Virus record (IMG/VR): IMGVR_UViG_3300008009_000010
Length of the DNA: 64,000 nucleotides
Strand: one strand, 5' to 3'
DNA from: a virus
In this document: piece by piece, positions 28,352 through 38,023 of the stretch
Numbering within the stretch: the stretch's first letter is position 1
Layout: each line of letters opens with the position of its first letter
Notes under the pieces: model-generated
The model's database searches: none
What the model saw: only the letters and a program-made list of their open reading frames with translations
What the model was told of the DNA's origin: nothing
Position numbers and translations under genes: made by a program

Positions 28352-28437
28352 CGAACAGTGACCGTATGAGGTCAGCGGTTGTGTAGAAAGCAGCTTATAC
28401 AACATCATTGTAACTACGTACACTGAAAGGATTTGCT

Positions 28438-28650
28438 ATGCCGTTTTTACGTACCGAATCAACTGGGACAATCGAGATCAGTCAGGCTGATTACAACTGG
28501 ATTGCTGAGAGGATGAACACAGCACCATCCGGAACTGTGTCGTTTAGCAGTGCAGCGATAAAACGCTATCGGAAAATTACCGGGCAGGAATTTGAAGAAG
28601 TGTGGAAAATAAAATCTGAAATGCTTAATGAGTTTGGACATTTGGCATAA
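28438..28650 (+). CDS. Hypothetical protein
   Basis: 70 aa, AAAGGA RBS. Confidence 0.55.
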   Translation: MPFLRTESTGTIEISQADYNWIAERMNTAPSGTVSFSSAAIKRYRKITGQEFEEVWKIKSEMLNEFGHLA

Positions 28651-28693
28651 GAGTATTGATAAGTAGAAAATCAACCAACTAAAGGAGAACAAA

Positions 28694-28873
28694 ATGAAAT
28701 TTACACTTGAAGATTTCCAAGAAAATGTTAATAAATGTGAAAGCGCAGAAGAAATTGATGCACTCTGTATGTCTTGGTTGAACCTCTTGTGCATGGACAG
28801 CGGTAGAGATGGAGATATAGCAAAAGCTTTACTTCGTGTTGTTGGAGATCTAATCGGGTGCGACCAGATTTAG
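28694..28873 (+). CDS. Hypothetical protein (59 aa)
   Basis: Read manually; AAAGGAG RBS, MKFTLEDFQENV... Confidence 0.55.
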   Translation: MKFTLEDFQENVNKCESAEEIDALCMSWLNLLCMDSGRDGDIAKALLRVVGDLIGCDQI

Positions 28874-28898
28874 CATTACAACGTAATAGGAGAACCTA

Positions 28899-29150
28899 AT
28901 GACCCTAAACGAAGCAATCAACTGGGTAGAGAAAAACTGTACAGAAGAAGTCTGTAAAAGAATTCGTTCACGCGCTGTTGCTCGTACCTTATTAGATGAA
29001 ATTGAAAGACTCCAAACTAATCTCATTATTGCAGCATACGACACATTACTACAGGACGTTTGCAATGAATATATGGACGTAAACGACGACGGAAGATTCA
29101 AAAGTCACAACGAATTGGCAGAAAGAGTGAACAAGTTATTGGGAATCTAA
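28899..29150 (+). CDS. Hypothetical protein
   Basis: 83 aa, AGGAG RBS. Confidence 0.6.
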   Translation: MTLNEAINWVEKNCTEEVCKRIRSRAVARTLLDEIERLQTNLIIAAYDTLLQDVCNEYMDVNDDGRFKSHNELAERVNKLLGI

Positions 29151-29246
29151 CGATTGAAGCCAAAGCCTTGAGAGACCAAATTGCGGTTCTTAAAAAAGGC
29201 ATCAGTGATCGTGATAACAATACTTATTAAAAAGGAAACGAGTGTT

Positions 29247-29426
29247 ATGAGATATATTCACCACGTTGGTTCAATGATATTTGGGTATTTTCTCTACATT
29301 CTGGCGTTCAAAATTTTCGACGTGCATCCTGACAATCGCTTTTTCTGCAAAGCACTTCCGTATATGGGTTACTGGGGCTATCACCCGAAAGAGTTGAGGT
29401 GGTGGAAGCCTGCACAGAAAATCTAA
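29247..29426 (+). CDS. Small membrane-associated hypothetical protein
   Basis: Likely start at the GTT-ATG at 29247. Confidence 0.5.
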   Translation: MRYIHHVGSMIFGYFLYILAFKIFDVHPDNRFFCKALPYMGYWGYHPKELRWWKPAQKI

Positions 29427-29509
29427 CGCCGCAAATAAGCGGCAGACCACCAAGTAGACAAGCATGAACAAAAAACGGCGAAACCGCCCACTGGAGTGAC
29501 TGGTTATGC
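29421..29509 (+). other. attC-like (integron cassette junction) sequence
   Basis: ATCTAAC inverse core containing the upstream stop, GTTATGC core containing the next ATG, 89 bp; inner arms pair imperfectly. Confidence 0.35.
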
Positions 29510-29679
29510 AAAAATTTATAGTGATAGTAACAAATGAAATACTCGGTAATTCTCGGCATGAAATGACTCTTGACCAAATAAAAAAATTTAATCTCTGTGC
29601 TTATCGGCTGGCATTAAAGTCTGCCAAAAACAATGGGCAAGAATATTCAGATGGAATGTGGACGGTTCGGACGACATAG
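29506..29679 (+). CDS. Hypothetical protein (57 aa)
   Basis: Read manually: MQKFIVIVTNEILGNSRHEM... Confidence 0.45.
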   Translation: MQKFIVIVTNEILGNSRHEMTLDQIKKFNLCAYRLALKSAKNNGQEYSDGMWTVRTT

Positions 29680-29730
29680 CAGCGTTAATAGATAGAAAAT
29701 TTACTATTTAACGTAATAGGAGAACATCAA

Positions 29731-30027
29731 ATGATCCAAGAAATTAAAGATCTACTCGCTGACGAATCTGACAAATGGAGATTAGACGCCGATGATTGGA
29801 TTGTATACGTCGAAGAATTAGTTGCAGAGGTCGAAAAGTGGAAGAAGCTCTGCGAACTTCTGTGTCTGGACAACAGGGAAATTGCTGATCTAGCTGAGGA
29901 GAACCTGAGACTTAAAACCAAGATCTTAGAATTGCAGGATTTTGTTAAATGGATGACCGGATGTGGTTATGACTTTGCGGAATTACCATACTTCAGAGCA
30001 AAAAGAGACAAACTACTAAAAACATAG
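29731..30027 (+). CDS. Hypothetical coiled-coil protein
   Basis: 98 aa, AGGAG RBS. Confidence 0.6.
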   Translation: MIQEIKDLLADESDKWRLDADDWIVYVEELVAEVEKWKKLCELLCLDNREIADLAEENLRLKTKILELQDFVKWMTGCGYDFAELPYFRAKRDKLLKT

Positions 30028-30066
30028 AATTACTGTTGTTCCTACTAATAATCGAGATAAAAGACA

Positions 30067-30314
30067 ATGGATGAATACTGGAAACCAAAGAACGAGCAGA
30101 TTGTAAAAGCTGTGTGCTATTCAGATGCAACAAGCCAAAATCGTCTGCTTCACAGACTTGGTCAACACAAAATGCTGTTATCAAAAGACTCCGTGGTCAG
30201 CTTCAAAATTGTGTTAACCACTTAGAGCGAGCAAACAGAAGGTGGCCGGAAAATGAAGAGTTTGAAGCAGCGATAGCTTCTGCAAATAAAGCACTGTACG
30301 AGACTAATAGCTAA
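30067..30314 (+). pseudogene. Frameshifted hypothetical gene
   Basis: MDEYWKPKNEQIVKAVC...RLGQ continues as TQNAVIKRLRGQLQNCVNHLE in another frame. Confidence 0.45.
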
Positions 30315-30338
30315 TTATAAACGTTTTTGGAGGTTAAT

Positions 30339-30533
30339 ATGAAAACGCAAACAGAGAGTATTATTTTGACAAACAAAGAAGGACAGCAATTGAGAATTTA
30401 TAAATTGGAAGGAGAAGGCCCGTTGTTGTTTTGCCTTGGAATAGATGGAGACTCTGAGCATTTTCGGTTTTCAGCTGACGATGCTGAATATATCACAAAA
30501 GAGGTAGATGTGGTTGTTAATTCATTTATCTAA
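30339..30533 (+). CDS. Hypothetical protein
   Basis: Likely start at 30339 (GGAGG RBS). Confidence 0.6.
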   Translation: MKTQTESIILTNKEGQQLRIYKLEGEGPLLFCLGIDGDSEHFRFSADDAEYITKEVDVVVNSFI

Positions 30534-30560
30534 CATTGTAAATGACCAGAAAGGGGAAGC

Positions 30561-30848
30561 ATGAAACTCAAAATAAGGCACGAGACAAAAGAACGAAAAT
30601 ACTTGAGTAGGAACAGTTACCAAAATGTGCTGCGAGACGTTGAACTTGAACCGGTGAAAATTGTACGGACACAATGTGGTATAGGTGCAGCAGAAAACAG
30701 GTATTTTTACCGTGGGTATTTCCCAGCACCAATTGATGCAGAGTTTGTCACAGACGGACTGATTAACGTGAATATTGTGAGAAAACTCAACCCGCAATTT
30801 AAACCGAAAACACTTGATTGGGCAAACAATATTTGTTTGATTGTCTAA
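30561..30848 (+). CDS. Hypothetical protein
   Basis: 95 aa, AAAGGGG RBS. Confidence 0.6.
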   Translation: MKLKIRHETKERKYLSRNSYQNVLRDVELEPVKIVRTQCGIGAAENRYFYRGYFPAPIDAEFVTDGLINVNIVRKLNPQFKPKTLDWANNICLIV

Positions 30849-31152
30849 TATTGTTAATAGCTAGAAAATCTACTGATTAAAACAAAGATAGACATTAGAA
30901 AAGTCAAATAATTAAGAGTATTATCGTTGATGACACTATCTTATATTGTGGGGATTGTCTTGATATTTTGCCGACTGTTGACAAAGGATGAAGATTATTT
31001 TTAAATAGCCAAACAATGAGATGTGTCAAGTACCTTTGTTCTGACTTTAAATATTTCAAATTTTTACAGTTTATTCATTTTTTGTATTGACAATTCAAAA
31101 AACAAATGATAAAGTATACTCATCTTGAACACAAAACAATAAAGGATAAAAT

Positions 31153-31398
31153 ATGTTTATGATGAGTACAGAAACAGAAGAACAAAGGATTGAAAGAGAA
31201 AAAATTGATAACTTCTGTGAAACACTACCAACAATATGGTTGGAAGGAATTGCAGACTGCCGACGTCTCGCTGATACAATTTACTTTTCGGGTTCAACTC
31301 CTTTGTTAGACATTACAGCTAAACATATAGGAATGAGTATTGAGGATATTGAGATTCTACTTACTTCTGCTCTTGATGAGTTTTTCGGGGAAGAATGA
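31153..31398 (+). CDS. Hypothetical protein
   Basis: 81 aa; TTGACA promoter and AAAGGA RBS upstream. Confidence 0.6.
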   Translation: MFMMSTETEEQRIEREKIDNFCETLPTIWLEGIADCRRLADTIYFSGSTPLLDITAKHIGMSIEDIEILLTSALDEFFGEE

Positions 31399-31433
31399 AT
31401 AAAACCTGATATATCTAAAGGAAATAAATTAAG

Positions 31434-32054
31434 ATGAAACCTTCTTCCACTGAAATGATACAAATTGCAAATAACATTAAAAAACCAAGCAAAAAAGATT
31501 GTCTGAAAATTCTAAAAGAGATGGCTGTACTGTATCCGGATAGTATGCATGAATTTGCTAAGCTTTATACATACTTTATGCCTGGAATCCCAATAAAACC
31601 TAAAACTGTATTTCAATGGGTTGCTAAAGCAGTTTCTAATCCAAAGTATTGTAAGGAATTATTGAAATTAGTTTATATTGACAAAGAAAACATTGTTGCA
31701 ACGGATGATTATAGATTACACGTTGCACCGAATTCAGACAATCTTGAACCTGGATATTACTGCCCAAAAACGAGTGATTATCTTTATCCATTAGATAAAT
31801 ATGATTATCCTGATTATAAAAAATTATTGTCTAATGTAGAAGGTCATTCAATCCAAGTAAAAACCACAACATTAAAAGAGGTAAATCAGATTATAAGAGT
31901 CTGTCTTAATGAAGGGCCAGAAGTCAATAAAAAATATCTTGATGATGCTTTGTGCTTCTGTGAAGGAAATATTTTTTATGGAAAGAACGAAAATAATTTA
32001 GTTAAAGTTATCACACCAAAAGGTATTGCAATTATTATGCCTATGGTAAAATAA
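31434..32054 (+). CDS. Protein with a DNA polymerase III beta-clamp-like segment
   Basis: IVATDDYRLH, YPDYKKLL and C-terminal AIIMPM resemble beta-clamp domain motifs. Confidence 0.5.
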   Translation: MKPSSTEMIQIANNIKKPSKKDCLKILKEMAVLYPDSMHEFAKLYTYFMPGIPIKPKTVFQWVAKAVSNPKYCKELLKLVYIDKENIVATDDYRLHVAPNSDNLEPGYYCPKTSDYLYPLDKYDYPDYKKLLSNVEGHSIQVKTTTLKEVNQIIRVCLNEGPEVNKKYLDDALCFCEGNIFYGKNENNLVKVITPKGIAIIMPMVK

Positions 32055-32088
32055 TTACACATATAATTAAAAAAACAAGAGGTAAATA

Positions 32089-32319
32089 ATGGATATTTAT
32101 GATCATGTAGAAAAATATTGGGATACAATTGACAAACACTCCTTAATTAATTTTCTAATGATTACAGAAAGTAGACATAAAGATTTTCTTTATATTTTAG
32201 ACCTTTGTGAAAAAGATCCACAAATAAATGTTGTATTAAGAGACTTAAAACATTATTATATTAATAAAATCAATCTAAGGTTAGCAGTTGAAAAAAGAAT
32301 AAGTAAAGAAAACGTATAA
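32089..32319 (+). CDS. Hypothetical protein
   Basis: 76 aa, GAGG RBS. Confidence 0.6.
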   Translation: MDIYDHVEKYWDTIDKHSLINFLMITESRHKDFLYILDLCEKDPQINVVLRDLKHYYINKINLRLAVEKRISKENV

Positions 32320-32343
32320 TAATTAGGCAAAGTATTCTATATT

Positions 32344-32526
32344 ATGGAGAATAATAAAAAAATGGGAACACACAAAGAATGTATTAGTTATAAAAAAGGA
32401 ATATGTTTACATAAAGACGCTCCTCGTTTATTATTAGGAACAGCATTATGTATTCTTGATTATGAGAGGCATGATCCTCGTATTCCATCTATATGTTTAT
32501 TACAAACAAAAAAGGGATTATTATGA
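32344..32526 (+). CDS. Small Cys-containing hypothetical protein
   Basis: 60 aa. Confidence 0.5.
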   Translation: MENNKKMGTHKECISYKKGICLHKDAPRLLLGTALCILDYERHDPRIPSICLLQTKKGLL

Positions 32527-32780
32527 AGAACTTAAAAAATGATGTAAAATTATGTGAATGTGGAGTTCCTATTTCTCCTAAACAGAAAGTATGTCATGAA
32601 TGTGAAAATTCTCAGCTTCGTCATCAAATTTATTCTTTAGAAATGTCACTTGAAGATAAAAGTAAAAAGATTAAAACTTTAGAAAATTTATTATGTTGTG
32701 TTTTGGAATCTTGGGAATTAGGATTTAAACCAGAAGAAGATAATGGGTTATACATAAAAGCAAAAAATAGTTTAATGTAG
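32523..32780 (+). CDS. Zinc-ribbon plus coiled-coil hypothetical protein
   Basis: Likely start at 32523 (ATGA overlap); CECG..CHEC. Confidence 0.6.
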   Translation: MKNLKNDVKLCECGVPISPKQKVCHECENSQLRHQIYSLEMSLEDKSKKIKTLENLLCCVLESWELGFKPEEDNGLYIKAKNSLM

Positions 32781-32897
32781 AATAGATTTTATTGTTTACT
32801 TTCAAAGGAGAAATATATTTAATTTTTTTATTGACAAAGTAAAAAGGAAATGATAATGTATAATCATCTTTGAGAGAAAACAATAAAGGAGAAAAAG

Positions 32898-33446
32898 ATG
32901 AAGGCAAACATTATGTTTTACAGACCTGAAAATTTTGTTCATCAATTTGTGGAAAATTTTGAAAAAGCTGAAGAAGAAGGATATTGGGATTTATTTGGAG
33001 GTAAACTAGCAGGAAGGCTTGATGATGGAACTTTTTGGTTTCAGACAACAGCAGGCAATCAAGTTTATGTAAAAATAGTTAATACAACTTTTTATGTAGA
33101 AATTGATGCAACAAGACACGCTTTGCATGATTGCAGTAATGTTGCAGGTTTGGCAATGATTGAACTTGGTCTTATAGACATTCAAGGGAATCCAACTGAT
33201 TTAGCAAAAGCCGTTAAAGTTATCAGTTATGCATCAATGCGAAAAGATTGCCCTTGGTTTGTTTATAATCTTGAACATCCAGCTGTAGTAGAATATCGAA
33301 GGAAAGCGTCTGCTGCTGGTAGAAGGTTACCCGAACGTTTAATTTTTTGTGATGGAGTAGTAAAAGAAGAATTTGATACAGAACCAGTCCCAGTATGGGA
33401 AGGAGTAGAATATAGAAGAGCAGCAGCTAATGGAGTAAGTTTATAA
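32898..33446 (+). CDS. Hypothetical early protein
   Basis: 182 aa; TTGACA-N17-TAATGT promoter and AAAGGAG RBS. Confidence 0.7.
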   Translation: MKANIMFYRPENFVHQFVENFEKAEEEGYWDLFGGKLAGRLDDGTFWFQTTAGNQVYVKIVNTTFYVEIDATRHALHDCSNVAGLAMIELGLIDIQGNPTDLAKAVKVISYASMRKDCPWFVYNLEHPAVVEYRRKASAAGRRLPERLIFCDGVVKEEFDTEPVPVWEGVEYRRAAANGVSL

Positions 33447-33463
33447 AAGTTTTTTAATAAAAT

Positions 33464-33718
33464 TTATTTTTCACCCATAATATAAACATCTGGAGAATTG
33501 CCTGTTATGGATTCTTCATTTTTTTTATGAAATATCAACTGATAACCTTCTGTTGTTAAAAAGAATCCTTCAATAATTATATTATTTTTATGTACATTAA
33601 AATGGCAATTAGAGCATAAATAACATATATTATTTTTTCCATTTTTCCCACCTTTTGATTTAGATATAATATGATGTTTATTTTGATAATCATTAATTTT
33701 ACAGATTTGACACTTCAT
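33464..33718 (-). CDS. Free-standing small HNH endonuclease
   Basis: CQIC...HHIISKSKGG...NICYLCSNCHFNVH; a lone minus-strand gene in a plus-strand block. Confidence 0.85.
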   Translation of the reverse strand: MKCQICKINDYQNKHHIISKSKGGKNGKNNICYLCSNCHFNVHKNNIIIEGFFLTTEGYQLIFHKKNEESITGNSPDVYIMGEK

Positions 33719-33887
33719 TTTATCCTACCTATTTGTGCAATAATTTTATTTTTATTTATGTAAAGAAATAATTATCTTGAGAAGGATAATGAAATATGTT
33801 ATAATTTATTATAAATCTAAAAAGGCAAAATGGAGTTAAATATTTTGGGATAAATTTATAGTAAATAAAACAAGGAGAGAGAGAGAA

Positions 33888-34463
33888 ATGTACAATAAAG
33901 AATATTATCAGAGTAATAATTATAAAAATTATTCAGAGCGAGAAAATAAGTATAAAAAGTTAGGGATAGAATTAAATGATATTCTTCATAAAATTGGGTT
34001 AATAGAGGACAAAAGTATTATTATTGATTATGGATGTGGATTTGGTTTTCTTTCAACAGCATTTTTAGATCTTGGTTATAAAAACACATATAGTTATGAC
34101 ATTTCAAAATATGCTGAAAAAATTGCTAAAAATAAAGGATGTAATTGGATAGAAGATAATAATTTTAATAGTGATATTTTGATAGTTCTTGATGTTTTTG
34201 AACACATGACAGATGATGAGATCAATGAGTTTTTCAAAAAAAGTGATTCAGATGTTATGATAGCGCGAATACCAGTAGCAGATTTTTCAGAAAATGATTT
34301 TTATCTTGAAGTTTCAAAAGCGGATAAAACACACATAAATTGTAAAGATAAAAATGGATGGAAAGAATTTTTTATTAAACAAGGGTATAAAAATTTTCTT
34401 TCTTTAAATCTTTTAACAATATATGATACGACAGGAGTTTTTTGTTTCATAGCTTTAAAATAA
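33888..34463 (+). CDS. Class I SAM-dependent methyltransferase
   Basis: IIDYGCGFG, YDIS.YA, LDVFEHM, THIN. Confidence 0.88.
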   Translation: MYNKEYYQSNNYKNYSERENKYKKLGIELNDILHKIGLIEDKSIIIDYGCGFGFLSTAFLDLGYKNTYSYDISKYAEKIAKNKGCNWIEDNNFNSDILIVLDVFEHMTDDEINEFFKKSDSDVMIARIPVADFSENDFYLEVSKADKTHINCKDKNGWKEFFIKQGYKNFLSLNLLTIYDTTGVFCFIALK

Positions 34464-34509
34464 ATAATTTCAATGTTACATATTATCAACATCAACTTCA
34501 GGAGACTTT

Positions 34510-35760
34510 ATGAAAAGTGAGCTAACTTTATTTGATACAAATATTTTATTAGATAATCCAGAAATTTTAGATGATTATGACAATGTAATTTTTTCATGTG
34601 TTGTATTACAAGAATTAGATAAATTAAAATATAATATTAATATAGGGTATGCAGCAAGATGTGCTATTAGAAGTATTCAAGATTACATTAATTCTGGTAA
34701 AAAATATGAATTTGATAAAAATGAAGATAGCAGGATGACAAATGATTTAAATATTATTTGGTCAGCAAAAAGACAAGGTGCTAAATTACTCACAAAAGAT
34801 ATTGCTGCATCTATTTTTGCTGATACTCTTAATATAGATTATGAATTAATTACAGATAAATTAATTACTGATTACACTCCTTATATTGTTGATAATAACC
34901 CTGAATTTCCTTTTGAAGATTTTAATCTTAAAGATGATGATCTTAGAAGATTTAAACAATATATATTAGAAAAATTTAATAAAGAATTAACCCCATGGAC
35001 ATATTATAGTATAAAAAAAGATATATATTGTTATAATCCCATTAAAGAAATGTTAGAATGCATTTCAAGGAATGATGAATATAGAAAACTAGATATATTA
35101 GGTGAAGCAGAATTAATTCCCAAAGATATGTATCAAAAAGCAGCAATTTATTCAATGATGAATGCAGATGCAACACTTCTATTAGGGAAATGGGGAGCAG
35201 GTAAATCTATTTTAAGCGTTGGAACAGCAATAAAAATGGCAAAAGGGAACAAAGTTTATATTATGCGACCAACATTAAGTTGTAAAAAATATGATATTGG
35301 GTTCTTACCTGGGAATCAAGAAGAAAAAATGAGTCAATTTTTTTCAGGATTTATTTCAGCATTACATTCATTATATGGCAACACTAGAAATCAAAAAGGT
35401 AAAGATGGTTATGATTACGATTATGTTAAAGAAGATTTAATGCATAGTAAATTTACTTTTTTGAATTTATCTGAATTGCATGGGTTATCTATTCAAAAAG
35501 GTGATATTATAATTGTTGATGAGGTACAACTTTTAGATAATTCTTATCTTTGTTTATTGTTATCACGTATATGTGAAGGTGCTAAATTAATAATGATGGG
35601 TGACAGAAATCAAACTATGGGGTTACTGAAAAACACGGAAATTGGTTTAAATAAATTAATTAAGTTATTACCTCATAAAGCTTTATCTGTTGTTGAATTG
35701 AAAAATGTATATAGAAATAAAGAACTTACTGATCTAGCTGATAAATTGTTTTATAGTTAA
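34510..35760 (+). CDS. phoH: PIN-domain PhoH-family ATPase (PhoH2-like)
   Basis: FDTNILL PIN motif, V..ELD.LK, ND..I; GKWGAGKS Walker A, GFLPG..EEKM, IVDEVQ, MGD..Q. Confidence 0.9.
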   Translation: MKSELTLFDTNILLDNPEILDDYDNVIFSCVVLQELDKLKYNINIGYAARCAIRSIQDYINSGKKYEFDKNEDSRMTNDLNIIWSAKRQGAKLLTKDIAASIFADTLNIDYELITDKLITDYTPYIVDNNPEFPFEDFNLKDDDLRRFKQYILEKFNKELTPWTYYSIKKDIYCYNPIKEMLECISRNDEYRKLDILGEAELIPKDMYQKAAIYSMMNADATLLLGKWGAGKSILSVGTAIKMAKGNKVYIMRPTLSCKKYDIGFLPGNQEEKMSQFFSGFISALHSLYGNTRNQKGKDGYDYDYVKEDLMHSKFTFLNLSELHGLSIQKGDIIIVDEVQLLDNSYLCLLLSRICEGAKLIMMGDRNQTMGLLKNTEIGLNKLIKLLPHKALSVVELKNVYRNKELTDLADKLFYS

Positions 35761-35794
35761 TTTCTTTAATAATAAAATTAAAATTTTTAAAGAT

Positions 35795-35833
35795 TATAAA
35801 TATAATAAACTTTTATAAATATTTTTATAAATA
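35795..35833 (+). promoter_or_regulatory. Three tandem T4-type late promoters
   Basis: TATAAATA at 35795, 35814 and 35826, upstream of 35853. Confidence 0.75.
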
Positions 35834-35852
35834 TATAAAAATAGGAGTAAGC

Positions 35853-36878
35853 ATGAAAACATTTAAAGAATTTATAACAGAACAAGAAACATTAAATGAG
35901 AAATTAATAATTATAGGCAAAGGTAAAAATTATGGGCAAGTAGTATTTGTTACTGGTGGTGGTGCATCTGGAAAAGGATTTGCAATACAAAATTTCATTG
36001 ATAGTAATAAATTTAAAATTAGAGATGTTGACGAATATAAAACTTTATTTTTAAAAATTTCTAATTTAAAAAATAAATATCCAGAAATAAGGAATCTTTC
36101 ATTAAAAAATCCTGAAGATGTTTTTAAATTACATACATTTGTTGATCAAAAAGATATTAAAGATAAAACATTAAACAAACTATTAACAAATTTAGAACAA
36201 GATAGACTACCAAATATTTTGTTTGATATTACAGGAAAAAATGAAAAATCAATATATGAAACAGCAACTAAATTAATAGAAGTTGGGTATAATCCCAAAA
36301 ATATTAATATTATTTGGGTATTAGCTAATTATGAAATTGCTAAAAAAGCAAATAAAGAAAGAGATAGATTTGTACCAGAAGATGTTTTAATGAGTACCCA
36401 TAGCGGCGCAGCTAAAACAATGGCGCATTTAATATTTACTAATTTAAATAAAACATTGATAAATGGCAGTATTTATGTTATTCTTAATAATAGAGATGAA
36501 ACTAAATTTTATAAAGGGACAAATGTTATAAAAGATTTTACTTATCTTCATTTTAAAAAACCAGGTACTGATGTGAATATGACAAAAGAAATTAAAGATA
36601 AATTAAAAAATTGGATTGATAATAATACACCAAAAGAACCGGAATTATTTAAACCAAAAATTGCTGAAAGTGAAAATAAATTTCATCAAATTGATAAAAT
36701 AAAGTTAACACCTAAACTTTATGCTATTGTTTCTGATTCTGATCCTTATGATGCTATGACATATTTTTTAAATAATAAAGCAATTGCTATGGAATATGTA
36801 CCTGATTACAAAAAAAGAATTGTTGATATAAAAAATGATATTGATTCTTTTATTAAAAAATTAAACAATTTTAAATAA
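35853..36878 (+). CDS. Zeta-toxin-like/AAA_33 P-loop kinase with a capsid-targeting N-terminus
   Basis: MKTFKEFITE; VTGGGASGKG, RDVDEYK, LFDITG, NKERDR.VPE. Confidence 0.8.
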   Translation: MKTFKEFITEQETLNEKLIIIGKGKNYGQVVFVTGGGASGKGFAIQNFIDSNKFKIRDVDEYKTLFLKISNLKNKYPEIRNLSLKNPEDVFKLHTFVDQKDIKDKTLNKLLTNLEQDRLPNILFDITGKNEKSIYETATKLIEVGYNPKNINIIWVLANYEIAKKANKERDRFVPEDVLMSTHSGAAKTMAHLIFTNLNKTLINGSIYVILNNRDETKFYKGTNVIKDFTYLHFKKPGTDVNMTKEIKDKLKNWIDNNTPKEPELFKPKIAESENKFHQIDKIKLTPKLYAIVSDSDPYDAMTYFLNNKAIAMEYVPDYKKRIVDIKNDIDSFIKKLNNFK

Positions 36879-36963
36879 AAGAATATGAATTTAACAGGAA
36901 CGCTCATAGTGAGGTTCCATAACAATATGTTGCCTTCGGGGACATAAGAAAAGGAGAAATGTT

Positions 36964-37386
36964 ATGACAGTAGGAAAAACAGTACCACTAGACGTTATTT
37001 TAGACCAGTTCTTTGGATTTAACGATACAATGTTTAAATCCACAAACAGTAATTTTCCACCAATGGACATTTATACTAAAGGTGATTGCCTTTATTTTGA
37101 TGTAGCTTTAGCTGGTTGGAAAAAAGATATGATAGAAATTGATATTAATCCTGAAAACGATATTCTTACTATCAAATCCAAACATCTTGATTTTCCTGAA
37201 TTTGAAAATTGTAAAGACATTAAATGGATTTCTAAAAAATTAAGTTTTCGTCATTTTGAAGTAAAATATTTTATTCCACCTGTATATGACAAAGAAAATA
37301 TTGATGCAAAATTTGAAGATGGTATTCTTAAAATTTCATTCAAACAACTACCTTCAAAGATCCCTCAAAAAATTCAAATTAAGTAA
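36964..37386 (+). CDS. Small heat-shock protein Hsp20
   Basis: NFPPMDIY, VALAGWKK..IEI, F..P, IDAKFEDGILKI. Confidence 0.93.
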   Translation: MTVGKTVPLDVILDQFFGFNDTMFKSTNSNFPPMDIYTKGDCLYFDVALAGWKKDMIEIDINPENDILTIKSKHLDFPEFENCKDIKWISKKLSFRHFEVKYFIPPVYDKENIDAKFEDGILKISFKQLPSKIPQKIQIK

Positions 37387-37396
37387 ATAAATATTG

Positions 37397-37440
37397 GGTA
37401 CTATCGTTCTTTATATATTTTATATGAGAACGATAGTACC
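37397..37440 (+). terminator. Long inverted repeat after hsp20
   Basis: GGTACTATCGTTCT...AGAACGATAGTACC 14-bp perfect stem plus inner pairing. Confidence 0.5.
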
Positions 37441-37457
37441 TATTTAAGGATATTTTT

Positions 37458-37949
37458 ATGAAAACATTTAAAGAATTTATAACAGAAGCATTTGATTCTT
37501 ATTTTCCTTATAAATGGATTCATATTCCTTCAAATACTAAAACTGATTTTCTAGGTGAATTCAAAACAACTTCATCATTAATTACTTTTGAAATGAAAAA
37601 TGAATATAGCCCTGATGAATATGAAGTTTCTTTCTTTAAATTAACTCCTAATGAAAAATATAACCAAAATTATAATATGACTGGTGAAGGGGAATCTTTT
37701 AAAGTCTTATCAACAGTTCTTAAAATGATTTATGATGCTTTACAAAAATCTAAAAAATTAGAAAATGTTAATATTAAAAAAATAACTTTCTCAGCAGAAA
37801 AAGATCAAGGTAAAGGTGATAAAAAAATAAAAACAGGCAGAGCAAGTTTATATATGAGAATGGCTAAGAAATTTGCTAAGAACTTAGGTAAACTAGATAT
37901 AGAGGATGAAGAAAGATCAACTTATTTTACAATAACTCTTGACAAATAA
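37458..37949 (+). CDS. Putative internal head protein (capsid-targeting N-terminus)
   Basis: MKTFKEFITEA; TGEGESFKVLSTV, ITFSAEK, GRASLY.RM. Confidence 0.7.
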   Translation: MKTFKEFITEAFDSYFPYKWIHIPSNTKTDFLGEFKTTSSLITFEMKNEYSPDEYEVSFFKLTPNEKYNQNYNMTGEGESFKVLSTVLKMIYDALQKSKKLENVNIKKITFSAEKDQGKGDKKIKTGRASLYMRMAKKFAKNLGKLDIEDEERSTYFTITLDK

Positions 37950-38023
37950 ATAATTATTGTATATAATTTTATAAAAAGAATGAATCTAAACTATCTTCTC
38001 TTAATAAAAAATAAGGTTATATT

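Noticed and set aside
18418-34495. Short minus-strand ORFs opposite plus-strand genes (e.g. 18418, 18993, 23942, 27122, 27471, 27523, 28208, 28459, 28850, 29271, 29308, 29727, 29993, 30522, 31281, 32725, 34301)
   Set aside because: Antisense to coherent plus-strand operons with RBSs; no recognisable motifs.
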